Assembly: GCA_015231405.1 (NCBI GenBank)
Contig: JADGBR010000001.1
Span: 155,964-219,963, forward strand
From: Candidatus Omnitrophota bacterium
GTDB lineage: Bacteria > Omnitrophota > Gorgyraeia > Tantalellales > Tantalellaceae
Reading direction: 5' to 3'
DNA: 64,000 bases
Part shown: in pieces, positions 46,110 to 55,516 of the stretch
How the letters are laid out: each line of letters opens with the position of its first letter
Position numbering within the stretch: position 1 is the first letter of the stretch
Notes under the pieces: generated by a model
Told to the model about the DNA's origin: nothing
Seen by the model: only the letters and a program-made list of their open reading frames with translations
The model's database searches: none
Position numbers and translations under genes: made by a program

Positions 46110-48092
46110 ATGGTCAATATTGCGAAACGAATAGCGGAATTGCGGAAAGAGATAAAAAAACACAACGATCTATATTACGCGAAAGGAAAACCGGTCGTTT
46201 CAGATAGCGAATATGACCTGATGGTGCGGGAGCTGAGAGAATTGGAGAAGGCACATCCCGAGTTCCTGACAGCTGATTCTCCCACACAAAAAGTCGGGGC
46301 ACCTCTACGCTCCACCTTTGCCAAGATAGAACACGCATCTCCTATGCTCAGCCTCGAAAGCATCTATACCGATGAGGAATTACTTAAGTTCGATAAGACC
46401 TCAAGTGAAGACCTTGAGGTTCAACATATAGAGTACGTCGCCGAACCAAAACTTGACGGTTTCAGCGTGGAACTTGTCTACGAGAAAGGAACATTCGTCC
46501 GCGGATCGACCAGGGGCGACGGCTATATGGGCGAGGATGTCACGAATAACCTTAAAGCGATAAAGAACGTTCCGGCGGAATTAAAAGGGGCTAAACCACC
46601 GGCGTTATTGGCTGTCCGGGGAGAGGTCCTCATGCATATCGGCGATTTTCAGGAGCTGAATAAGGTCCAGTCGGCTGCCGGACGGGATGTATTCGCTAAC
46701 CCGCGTAACGCGGCGGCCGGAGCCGTACGGAACCTCGATCCGGGTGTGACACAGTCCCGGAACCTGGATATCTATTGTTACGGCCTTCTGGCGTATAGCG
46801 GCAAGATGCCTTCCACTCATCTTGAGACGATAGAGCTTCTGGAAAGATCCGGACTCAAAACTGCCCCCGGCGCAAGGCTTTGCCGTACAGCGGACGAAGC
46901 GATCAAATATCACCATGATCTCGAGAAAAAAAGGGACGATCTTGACTATGAACTGGACGGCGTAGTGATCAAAATTAACAGTCTCGAATACCAGGACAGG
47001 CTCGGGATGAGGACCACTAATCCGCGTTGGGCTGTCGCTTACAAATTTGAGGCCAGGAAAGAAGTGACGAGGGTAGAAGATATAGTGGTCCAGGTAGGAA
47101 GGACGGGGGTCCTTACTCCAGTGGCGCTACTTCAACCGGTCGAGGTGGGGGGCGTAACCATATCCAGGGCGACGCTGCACAATATGGATGAGATCGAGCG
47201 GCTTGGGGTCCAGGTGGGTGACCATGTCAAGGTCGAGAGGGCCGGCGACGTTATACCTAAAGTTGTGGAAGTTATCCGCGATAAACGCTCCGGATCGGAA
47301 CGGTCTTTCAGCATGCCGTTAAAATGTCCCAGCTGCGGGACGCAGGTAGAGAAAGAGGACGTCCATTACAGGTGCCCGGCCGGACTAGGTTGCCCGGCGC
47401 AGGTGAAAGAATCAATGACCCATTACGCTGCCAAGGACGCCGTGGACATCGACGGGTTTTCCGATAGGACCGTCGAGCAGCTTTTCGCGGAAGGCCTTAT
47501 ATCGGGCATATCGGATATATACGGGCTGAAAAGGGATGACCTCTTAAAGCTTGACGGGTGGAAAGATAAAAAAACGGATAATATCCTTTCGGCAATAGAG
47601 AGGTCAAGGGAAGTAACGCTCGACCGTTTTATTTTCGGGCTTGGGATAAGAAAGGTGGGAAAACATATAGCGGCGATACTAATGAAAAAATTCGGTACTC
47701 TGGATAAATTGAGGAAAGCCTCCGTCGATGATCTTTTGGGAGTGAACGAGGTCGGGCCGGAGATAGCCGGAAGCATATCTGATTTTTTCAGGAATCCCGT
47801 GAATGCGACGGAGATAGATAAACTTATGTCGATGGGCGTTCGCGTTATCGAGAAGGAGATAAAGGGCGAACTTCTCGGCAAGAAGATAGTATTCACCGGT
47901 TCTTTAAATAAATTATCACGATCAGAAGCCAAGAAACTGGTAGAGGATAACGGCGGGGAGCCTATTTCCACCGTTACTTCAGATACTGACTTCGTGGTTG
48001 CCGGCGATAAAGCCGGATCCAAGCTGGAAAAGGCCCGAAAAGCAGGGATACAGGTCATATCAGAGGAAGAATTCTTAAGGTTGCTGGCGTAG
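46110..48092 (+). CDS. ligA: NAD-dependent DNA ligase
   Basis: 'HASPMLSL', 'EPKLDG', 'TRGDG', 'FANPRNAAAG', 'PRWAVAYKF', zinc finger, BRCT. Confidence 0.97.
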   Translation: MVNIAKRIAELRKEIKKHNDLYYAKGKPVVSDSEYDLMVRELRELEKAHPEFLTADSPTQKVGAPLRSTFAKIEHASPMLSLESIYTDEELLKFDKTSSEDLEVQHIEYVAEPKLDGFSVELVYEKGTFVRGSTRGDGYMGEDVTNNLKAIKNVPAELKGAKPPALLAVRGEVLMHIGDFQELNKVQSAAGRDVFANPRNAAAGAVRNLDPGVTQSRNLDIYCYGLLAYSGKMPSTHLETIELLERSGLKTAPGARLCRTADEAIKYHHDLEKKRDDLDYELDGVVIKINSLEYQDRLGMRTTNPRWAVAYKFEARKEVTRVEDIVVQVGRTGVLTPVALLQPVEVGGVTISRATLHNMDEIERLGVQVGDHVKVERAGDVIPKVVEVIRDKRSGSERSFSMPLKCPSCGTQVEKEDVHYRCPAGLGCPAQVKESMTHYAAKDAVDIDGFSDRTVEQLFAEGLISGISDIYGLKRDDLLKLDGWKDKKTDNILSAIERSREVTLDRFIFGLGIRKVGKHIAAILMKKFGTLDKLRKASVDDLLGVNEVGPEIAGSISDFFRNPVNATEIDKLMSMGVRVIEKEIKGELLGKKIVFTGSLNKLSRSEAKKLVEDNGGEPISTVTSDTDFVVAGDKAGSKLEKARKAGIQVISEEEFLRLLA

Positions 48093-48129
48093 GGCATGGG
48101 GTAGGGGGAAAGAGGGATCATAGCTTATT

Positions 48130-49281
48130 ATGGCAGGAAGGTACCCGATGGATCAAAGGGATAAAAAACTTCTTCTGGATATTTCTTTACAGGCCGGGAT
48201 ATTCGTTGCACTGATACTTGCCGCCGAGATCTTTCTCAGGGTGGCAGCGGGCGAGCCCAGGGGTTTTTTTAATTTCCTGCTGCCGGCCGATAAAGGACTT
48301 TATCCCTCAAATGCCGTCATCTATAACAATTGGGGCAAGGTGCCGTATGTCGTCCGGACGAATTCTCTCGGCTTCAGGGGGCCGGAGATGACTCTCAAAA
48401 AATCCGGCGGCGTCAGAAGGATAGTCGCTATCGGCGATTCCATGACGGACGGATTCTTTGTCGATAATGAAGGAACGTATCCGCATTTTCTGAAGGAGTA
48501 CCTCGACGAGAAATATCCCGCGAAATACGACGTTGTCAATGCCGCCAGAGCCGGAGGCTCCATAGACAAGGAACTGGCGATATTGAAATACAAGGCCCTT
48601 CCGCTGGAGCCGGACATCGTTCTTCTGATGTTCTGCACAAACGATATTTCCGATCTCAAAGGGAAAAATAAGGATGGGCTTCTTGCCCGGGGCGTAAAAT
48701 CCAATAAGCCAGGGGATCACCCTGACAATGAGCTTTTCCTCGCGTTGGCCACTAAAACCGCGATAGGTGAAACTTTGTTCAAAAATTTATTCTGGAGCGG
48801 ATACGCCAGGCGAAATACGGATCTGGATAAGAAAATGGGTGTTTCGAGGTATGAAGTGGAAGGGGCGAAGAGCTACCTGGCCAACGCGGTGAGCTATAAT
48901 ACCCGTTTCAAAAATACCGACGGCATGGTCCTTGAAAATGTTTTTTCGAAGGAAGCCGAAGGATTGACAGGGAATTATTTATATGTCCTCGGGGAATTCA
49001 ATGAAGTTTGCGCTAGAAATAGTTCAAAATTGTATTTTGTTTATATGCCGGCATATTCCCAGATATACGACAAAAAAACATCTATGAGAATAAGGGATAT
49101 ACTGAACGACGCATGCAAAAAGATGTCCATATCGTTCATAGACCTCACGGAAACCATGAGAAGAGAGGGCCAGGACAAAGTTCTTTTTTTAGCACCCTTG
49201 GATTATCATCTAAATCCCGAGGGAAATAAAGTAATTGCCCGGGGCATTTGCGAATATCTGGTAAAAGATAAAATTTCTTAA
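48130..49281 (+). CDS. SGNH/GDSL hydrolase with N-terminal membrane anchor
   Basis: 'TNSLGFRG', 'IGDSMTDG', 'VVNAA', 'CTND', 'DYHLNPEGN'. Confidence 0.85.
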   Translation: MAGRYPMDQRDKKLLLDISLQAGIFVALILAAEIFLRVAAGEPRGFFNFLLPADKGLYPSNAVIYNNWGKVPYVVRTNSLGFRGPEMTLKKSGGVRRIVAIGDSMTDGFFVDNEGTYPHFLKEYLDEKYPAKYDVVNAARAGGSIDKELAILKYKALPLEPDIVLLMFCTNDISDLKGKNKDGLLARGVKSNKPGDHPDNELFLALATKTAIGETLFKNLFWSGYARRNTDLDKKMGVSRYEVEGAKSYLANAVSYNTRFKNTDGMVLENVFSKEAEGLTGNYLYVLGEFNEVCARNSSKLYFVYMPAYSQIYDKKTSMRIRDILNDACKKMSISFIDLTETMRREGQDKVLFLAPLDYHLNPEGNKVIARGICEYLVKDKIS

Positions 49282-49372
49282 TAAACCGTAAAAGTTAATT
49301 ATACCAAACTGCCGCCAATCTGAAATTCCATAGAAAACGCCAAGCTGTAACGGTTAACTTATCCCTTTAAAT

Positions 49373-49401
49373 TTGACTTCTATATAATGACAATATATAA
49401 T
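49373..49401 (+). promoter_or_regulatory. Sigma70 promoter upstream of lysS
   Basis: TTGACT (49373-49378), 17 nt, TATAAT (49396-49401). Confidence 0.75.
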
Positions 49402-49463
49402 AATTAAAATTTTTATATAAACAACTATATATTCCCGGTAGACTGACCGATGGAGGTAAAGTC

Positions 49464-50915
49464 GTGGATGAGTTAACACAAAACCCAAAAGATAGTAATG
49501 ACCTTATTGAGCAGAGATATAAAAATCTTGAAAAGCTGAGAGAATTGGGTGTTGACCCCTGGGGGGAAGGTTTCCGAGACGCGATCAGCGTATCCGTCAT
49601 AAAGGAAAATTTCGCCGAAGGGAAGGATGTCCGCGCGGCCGGACGAATTATGTCCCAGAGGGTCATGGGTAAAAGCATATTCCTTGACCTGAAGGACGGC
49701 TCCGGAAAGATCCAATTGTATGTAAAAAAAGACATGGTCGGCGACGAAGCCTTTAAGGTCTTTAAGATACTGGACATCGGGGATATTATCGGGGTCGACG
49801 GAGCGCTTTTTAAAACGCATTCCGGAGAGGACACCATCCAGGTCAAAAACTTTAAATTATTATCGAAATCCCTAAGGCCCTTACCCGAAAAATGGCACGG
49901 TCTTAAGGATATCGAGACCCGATACAGGCAGAGATACGTTGATCTTATCGTCAACGACGATTCGAGAAAGGTATTCAGGTCCAGGGTCGAGATAACCAAG
50001 GCTATTCGCGATCATTTGGTAGCGAAAGGTTTTTTTGAGGTGGAAACTCCGATGATGCATCCGATAGCAGGTGGCGCCGCCGGAAAACCTTTTAAAACTC
50101 ATCATGAGACACTTGATATGGACCTCTTTTTGAGGATTGCGCCGGAGATATACCTGAAAAAGCTCTTAGTAGGAGGATTTGAGAAGATATTCGAGATAAA
50201 CAGGTCGTTCAGGAACGAGGGAATATCCGTGAGGCATAATCCCGAATTCACAATGATAGAAGTTTACGAGGCTTATTCCGACTGTCGGGGGATGATGAAG
50301 CTGACCGAGGAAATGGTGAGATATGTGGCGAGGACCGTCCTTGGGACCGAAGTGTTCAGCTATCAGGGGCGCCAGATCGATCTCACGAAATGGAAAACAG
50401 TTTCATTTGCCGAGCTTATGAAGGATAATTTCGGGATTAAAGTTGAAGATCCTCTCTCGGAATGGGTTCAAAAACTTAAGGCCAAAGGTATTGCAGTCGA
50501 AGGAGATAAAGTTTCGAAGACACAGCTCCTCAACATTATCGGCGATCTTGTCGAGCCCAAGGGTGAAACGAACCCCGTTTTCGTCGTGGATATATTCAAG
50601 GAGCTTAGTCCTCTGGCGAAAGAGAAGAAAGATTCACCGGGAGTTACGGACAGGTTCGAGCTTTTCATGGGTGGGATGGAAATAGCCAACGCATATTCTG
50701 AACTTAACGATCCGATTGACCAGAAGAAGAGGTTCCTTGACCAGATAAAAGAGGACAAGGACGCCCGGATGGACGAGGACTTTGTCAGAGCCCTCGAGTA
50801 CGGCATGCCTCCGGCGGGCGGTTTGGGGATCGGGGTCGACAGGCTTACGATGATACTTACCGATTCGGCGAGTATACGTGACGTGATATTGTTCCCGCAG
50901 ATGCGGAAGGAGTGA
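49464..50915 (+). CDS. lysS: Lysyl-tRNA synthetase (class II)
   Basis: 'LPEKWHGL', 'RYRQRYVDL', 'EVETPM', 'FRNEG', 'GMPPAGGLGIGVDRL'. Confidence 0.98.
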   Translation: MDELTQNPKDSNDLIEQRYKNLEKLRELGVDPWGEGFRDAISVSVIKENFAEGKDVRAAGRIMSQRVMGKSIFLDLKDGSGKIQLYVKKDMVGDEAFKVFKILDIGDIIGVDGALFKTHSGEDTIQVKNFKLLSKSLRPLPEKWHGLKDIETRYRQRYVDLIVNDDSRKVFRSRVEITKAIRDHLVAKGFFEVETPMMHPIAGGAAGKPFKTHHETLDMDLFLRIAPEIYLKKLLVGGFEKIFEINRSFRNEGISVRHNPEFTMIEVYEAYSDCRGMMKLTEEMVRYVARTVLGTEVFSYQGRQIDLTKWKTVSFAELMKDNFGIKVEDPLSEWVQKLKAKGIAVEGDKVSKTQLLNIIGDLVEPKGETNPVFVVDIFKELSPLAKEKKDSPGVTDRFELFMGGMEIANAYSELNDPIDQKKRFLDQIKEDKDARMDEDFVRALEYGMPPAGGLGIGVDRLTMILTDSASIRDVILFPQMRKE

Positions 50916-50928
50916 GGAGATAGTAGTT

Positions 50929-52146
50929 ATGTGGGCACTATTCTTAAGCATCAGATTCTTTTTGGCGCGCCGGAAGGTAGGGTTGATACCCTTCATTAAC
51001 TTAGCTTCTGTCCTGGGGATAGCCGTTGGCGTTGCCGCGCTCATCATCGTCTTATCCGTAATGAACGGGTTCGACAGCGAGATACAGGAAAAGATAATCG
51101 GGACTTACGCCCATATCCTCCTTTCCAGCGAAGAAAGCATAACTGACGCGGACGCGATCAGCAAGGAACTTTGCAATATATCCGGGATCGAAAGCGCGGC
51201 GGAATATGTTTCAGGCCAGGCGATATTGCATAAAGGCAAAACGGTCGTGGGGGTCCTGCTTAAAGGAATAAATGTCCCGAAGGAGATAAGGGTATCGAGA
51301 GTTCTTTCATATATCACAATGGCCGGAAAAGACCCGAAACTTAGCGAAAAAGGGATAGTCCTCGGCAGCGAGCTCATGAAGAACATAGGTGTTCATCCGG
51401 GTGACAAGATCGAGTTGATAGTGCCATATTCGTTCATAGATATGAAGAAAGTCGAACTCACCGTAGAAGGCGGGTTCACTTCAGGAAGATACGATTATGA
51501 CGCGAATCTGGCCGTCGTTAATATAAAAGTGGCACAGGACCTGTACAAGTTGGGCACGGAAGTGACGGGGATAGGCATAAAGACGACGGATGGGGCGGAC
51601 ATCACGGCGATAAAACGGGAGCTCGAGGATTATTTCGGTTATCCGTACGTAGTAAGGAGCTGGATGGACCTTGACAGGAACCTCGTTTCAGCACTGGCAC
51701 TCGAGAAAAAGATGATGTTCATAATGCTGGGCATAATAATAGTCGTGGCATGTTTTAATATTTGCAGTTCTCTAATAATGATGATAATGGAAAAAACCCG
51801 CGATATTGGGATATTGAAGGCACTTGGCGCGACAAGTTTCGGAGTCAGCACTATATTCCTCTGGGAAGGTTTTTTTATAGGGGCGCTGGGCGTCTCTATA
51901 GGTTCGGTGCTCGGGGTATTCCTGGCTGAAAGGGTCAATTATTTTGTCGAATTTGTAAAGAACCTCACGGGTTATGAGATATTCCCCAACGATGTCTATT
52001 ATTTCAGCCAGATCCCTGTTTTGATAAACCATATGGAAGTTTTCCAGATAATGATGTCCACGGTTATCCTGGCGGTTCTGTCGGGAGCTTATCCCGCCTG
52101 GAAAGCGTCAAAGGCGGATCCTGTGGAGGCGATTAGATATGAGTGA
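50929..52146 (+). CDS. Lipoprotein-releasing ABC permease (LolC/E family)
   Basis: 'GIAVGVAALIIVLSVMNGF', 'EKTRDIGILKALGA', 'YPAWKAS..PVEAIRYE'. Confidence 0.92.
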   Translation: MWALFLSIRFFLARRKVGLIPFINLASVLGIAVGVAALIIVLSVMNGFDSEIQEKIIGTYAHILLSSEESITDADAISKELCNISGIESAAEYVSGQAILHKGKTVVGVLLKGINVPKEIRVSRVLSYITMAGKDPKLSEKGIVLGSELMKNIGVHPGDKIELIVPYSFIDMKKVELTVEGGFTSGRYDYDANLAVVNIKVAQDLYKLGTEVTGIGIKTTDGADITAIKRELEDYFGYPYVVRSWMDLDRNLVSALALEKKMMFIMLGIIIVVACFNICSSLIMMIMEKTRDIGILKALGATSFGVSTIFLWEGFFIGALGVSIGSVLGVFLAERVNYFVEFVKNLTGYEIFPNDVYYFSQIPVLINHMEVFQIMMSTVILAVLSGAYPAWKASKADPVEAIRYE

Positions 52147-52822
52147 CGTTAAACTGATAAGAGCAGAAAAGGTAAATAAAAAATTCAAACAGGGGCCCTC
52201 GATGGTCCATGCTGTAAAGGATGTCGATTTTGAGATGTCACCGGGCGAGAAAGTTTATCTTTATGGCCCTTCCGGCGCGGGTAAATCGACTCTTCTCGAT
52301 ATTCTTGGCAACTTGACAAGGGCGTCATCGGGAAAGATCTTTTTCCGCGATAAGGATGTTTGTAAAATGTCGGATAAAAAAAGGAGCCTGATGCGGAACC
52401 TGTGTTTCGGGTTCGTTTTCCAGTTCTATTATCTCCTCCCTGAGCTGACAGTCCTGGAGAATGTGATGCTGCCGTCGCGGATAATAGGAAAAAACACCCG
52501 GGGCATAAAGGATAAGGCTATGGGGCTTCTTAAAAGAGTAAAAATGGATCACAGGATAAAACATAAGCCGCTTGAATTATCAGGCGGGGAGGCTCAGAGG
52601 GTATCGATCGCCCGGGCTCTAATAAATTCGCCTGAGATACTTTTTTGCGATGAGCCGACTGGTAACCTGGATTCAGCTATGGCAAGCTCGATCTACGAAA
52701 TAGTTAACGATATCAGCAGGGAAGAAAAAATGAGCCTTTTGATCGTTACCCACCATGAACTCGACAAAACTTACTACGACACTAAATATTTAATGAAGGA
52801 TGGTGTTTTAAATAGGCAATAG
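52139..52822 (+). CDS. lolD: Lipoprotein-releasing ABC ATPase
   Basis: GPSGAGKST, 'GFVFQFYYL', LSGGE, 'DEPTGNLD'; follows lolC/E. Confidence 0.88.
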   Translation: MSDVKLIRAEKVNKKFKQGPSMVHAVKDVDFEMSPGEKVYLYGPSGAGKSTLLDILGNLTRASSGKIFFRDKDVCKMSDKKRSLMRNLCFGFVFQFYYLLPELTVLENVMLPSRIIGKNTRGIKDKAMGLLKRVKMDHRIKHKPLELSGGEAQRVSIARALINSPEILFCDEPTGNLDSAMASSIYEIVNDISREEKMSLLIVTHHELDKTYYDTKYLMKDGVLNRQ

Positions 52823-52894
52823 TTAGTGTATCATATCCGTGATGAACGTGAGTATAAGTGTTTGCAATCGTTAAACCAATGAGCAGGAGATGGA

Positions 52895-53767
52895 ATGGAA
52901 AGAAAGATATATTTGAACGGCGTATTTGTGGAAAAGAAAGACGCTAAGATATCGGTTTTTGATCATGGGCTTCTCTATGGAGACGGTGTTTTCGAGGGAA
53001 TACGGTCTTATTCGAGGAAAGTGTTCAGACTTCATAAGCATATGGAAAGACTCTATGCGGGAGCGGCCGCGATAAAGCTTAACGTCAATATGTCGATTGA
53101 TGAGTTTGAGTCTAAGATAATCGAGACATTACGGATCAATGGGCTGGATGACGCGTATATACGTGTTGTCGTAACACGCGGCGTGGGTGACCTGGGATTG
53201 GATCCCCGAAAATGTTCTTTGCCTACGATTTTTATTATTGCCGATAAGATCGTACTGTACCCTGAGGAGTTTTATGAAAAAGGGTTACCGATAATCATCG
53301 CAAAAACACGCAGGATCTCTCCTCAATCCATAAGCCCTGCGATAAAATCGCTTAATTATTTAAACAACATCCTCGGTAAGATAGAGGCTACTGCCGCAGG
53401 TTGTAATGAAGCGTTAATGTTAACGATAGACGGGTATGTCGCGGAATGCACTGGTGATAACATTTTTCTTATAAAAAAAGGTAAATTGATAACCCCGCCT
53501 TCGGAGATCGGTGCCCTGAACGGGATAACGCAGCAAGCCGTTATTGACATCGCCTTGAAAAGAGGAATGAAATTCGGGTATGAAATGTTGAAGCCAAACG
53601 ATATTTTTGATGCCGATGAGTGTTTTTTGACCGGGACCGCAGCCGAGGTCATACCGGTCAACAAAGTCGACGGTAAGGTGATAGGATCAGGCGTTCCAGG
53701 GTCCGTTACTAAGGACATAATACTGGCGTTCAGGGAGCTGACGCGGGTTGATGGGACAGCGTATTGA
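52895..53767 (+). CDS. ilvE: Branched-chain amino acid aminotransferase
   Basis: 'FDHGLLYGDGVFEGIR', 'KSLNYLN', 'ECTGDNIF', 'FLTGTAAE'. Confidence 0.95.
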   Translation: MERKIYLNGVFVEKKDAKISVFDHGLLYGDGVFEGIRSYSRKVFRLHKHMERLYAGAAAIKLNVNMSIDEFESKIIETLRINGLDDAYIRVVVTRGVGDLGLDPRKCSLPTIFIIADKIVLYPEEFYEKGLPIIIAKTRRISPQSISPAIKSLNYLNNILGKIEATAAGCNEALMLTIDGYVAECTGDNIFLIKKGKLITPPSEIGALNGITQQAVIDIALKRGMKFGYEMLKPNDIFDADECFLTGTAAEVIPVNKVDGKVIGSGVPGSVTKDIILAFRELTRVDGTAY

Positions 53768-53771
53768 GTTG

Positions 53772-53856
53772 GGTTATAGTTGCTATGTTTAGGTGTTAGG
53801 TGTTGTGTTCAGATAATATTAACATAACCTAACATCTAAACATAGCAACTATAACC
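53772..53856. repeat. Long intergenic inverted repeat (30-bp arms)
   Basis: GGTTATAGTTGCTATGTTTAGGTGTTAGGT (53772-53801) pairs with 53827-53856 at 29/30; the one mismatch is a G-U pair. Confidence 0.9.
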
Positions 53857-53886
53857 TATATATTCCGAACAAGATAGGAGACGAAC

Positions 53887-54399
53887 ATGATGAATTGCGA
53901 CGTCTGCAAGATCCGTGAAGCGACTGTGCATCTGACCGAAGTTATCAATAGCAAGGTCACGAAGCTCCACCTTTGCGAGCATTGCGCAAAAGATAAAAGC
54001 GAGGAGATGCAGTCCCATTTCGGCCTGACGGACCTTATCTCCGGCCTCATGGATATCGGGCCGCAGGTCGCTTCCGACGACCTTGGCGAACAGACGACAT
54101 TGAAATGCCAGGCTTGCGGTATGACTTACGGAGATTTCCAGAATACGAGCAAACTGGGATGCGGTAACTGTTATGAGACCTTCAAGGACAGGCTCAGCGA
54201 TCTTCTCACAAAGATACACGGTTCCGACAGGCATATCGGCAAAATGCCTTTCAAAGGTAAAACGGTAGTCGAGGAGCAGGAAAAGCTAAAGCAGCTTAAA
54301 TCTGAACTGAATGACCTTATCAGGGGCGAGCAGTTCGAAAAGGCGGCCATAACCAGGGACAGGATAAAGGACCTTGAGGACAAACTATTGAAGAAGTGA
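53887..54399 (+). CDS. mcsA: McsA (UVR domain, CxxC motifs), activator of McsB
   Basis: Four CxxC motifs, 'IHGSDRHIGK', C-terminal UVR 'EQFEKAAITRDRI'. Confidence 0.93.
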   Translation: MMNCDVCKIREATVHLTEVINSKVTKLHLCEHCAKDKSEEMQSHFGLTDLISGLMDIGPQVASDDLGEQTTLKCQACGMTYGDFQNTSKLGCGNCYETFKDRLSDLLTKIHGSDRHIGKMPFKGKTVVEEQEKLKQLKSELNDLIRGEQFEKAAITRDRIKDLEDKLLKK

Positions 54400-55451
54400 G
54401 GGCCATGGAGATCAAGGATTTTCTGAAACGTAAAAGCGAGTGGGTGAAGGGCGAGGGGCCTCGGTCGGACATTGTCATGTCCACGAGGATACGGATAGCC
54501 AGGAATGTGAACGGACATCCTTTCTACAACTGGGCTGACAAGACAAAACGAAAAGAAGTCTTCGAGAAAATGATGGCCGCTATGAAAGGAGCTGTCACTT
54601 TCAAGGACGCTCAGCTCATCAAGATGAAGGATACGACGCCCATTGAACGGACTTTTCTCGTTGAGAGGCATTTAATAAGCAATGAGCATACGCATGACGT
54701 CGATTCGAAAGGCCTGGTGATAGCTAACGAGGAAACCCTGAGCATAATGCTGAACGAGGAGGACCATCTGAGGCTGCAGGTCATAAAGTCGGGTTTCAAT
54801 CTGATGGAAGCGTGGAAGATCATCGATGAGATCGACACGAATCTTGGTACGCATCTGCCTTACGCGTATTCATCAAAGTTCGGCTATCTGACGGCTTGTC
54901 CGACAAATACCGGCACGGGGCTACGGAGTTCGGTAATGCTCCACATGCCGGCGCTGGAGTTGACAAATCAGATGGAAAGGGTTTACGAGGCCATATCGAA
55001 GCTTGGCCTTACGATAAGGGGTTTTTACGGGGAAGGATCCGAGGCTTCGGGGAATTTCTTCCAGATATCCAACCAGGTGTCGCTGGGTCACTCCGAAATG
55101 GATATACTCGATAATTTCGGCAGGGTGGTCGATAAGATCATCGAGCGGGAGAAGGATACCCGGGATTACCTCATGGAAAATAAAAAAAGGGAAGTTACGG
55201 ACAATATATTCAGATCGTTCGGCACGCTTAAAAGCGCAAGGATAATAACTTCCAGCGAAACAATAAGGCTTTTATCTGCTGTCAGGCTTGGGGTGGACCT
55301 TGGCCTCATTAAAGAGGTCACGGTAACGGCGCTTAACGAGATACTCCTTTTAATGCAGCCGGGACATCTCCAGGTACTGAACAACGAAGGCCTAGGGCAG
55401 TCAGAGAGGGATATCAGGCGCGCCGATATGATAAGGGATAAATTGGTGTAG
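54396..55451 (+). CDS. mcsB: Protein arginine kinase McsB
   Basis: 'STRIRIARN', 'LVERHLIS', 'NEEDHLR', 'ACPTNTGTGLR', 'QISNQVSLG'. Confidence 0.96.
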   Translation: MRAMEIKDFLKRKSEWVKGEGPRSDIVMSTRIRIARNVNGHPFYNWADKTKRKEVFEKMMAAMKGAVTFKDAQLIKMKDTTPIERTFLVERHLISNEHTHDVDSKGLVIANEETLSIMLNEEDHLRLQVIKSGFNLMEAWKIIDEIDTNLGTHLPYAYSSKFGYLTACPTNTGTGLRSSVMLHMPALELTNQMERVYEAISKLGLTIRGFYGEGSEASGNFFQISNQVSLGHSEMDILDNFGRVVDKIIEREKDTRDYLMENKKREVTDNIFRSFGTLKSARIITSSETIRLLSAVRLGVDLGLIKEVTVTALNEILLLMQPGHLQVLNNEGLGQSERDIRRADMIRDKLV

Positions 55452-55516
55452 CTTCAGGTTCCAGGTTAAAGGTGTTTGTTCATAGTGTGCTTGTGATCAT
55501 CAAACAGGAGGGATAG

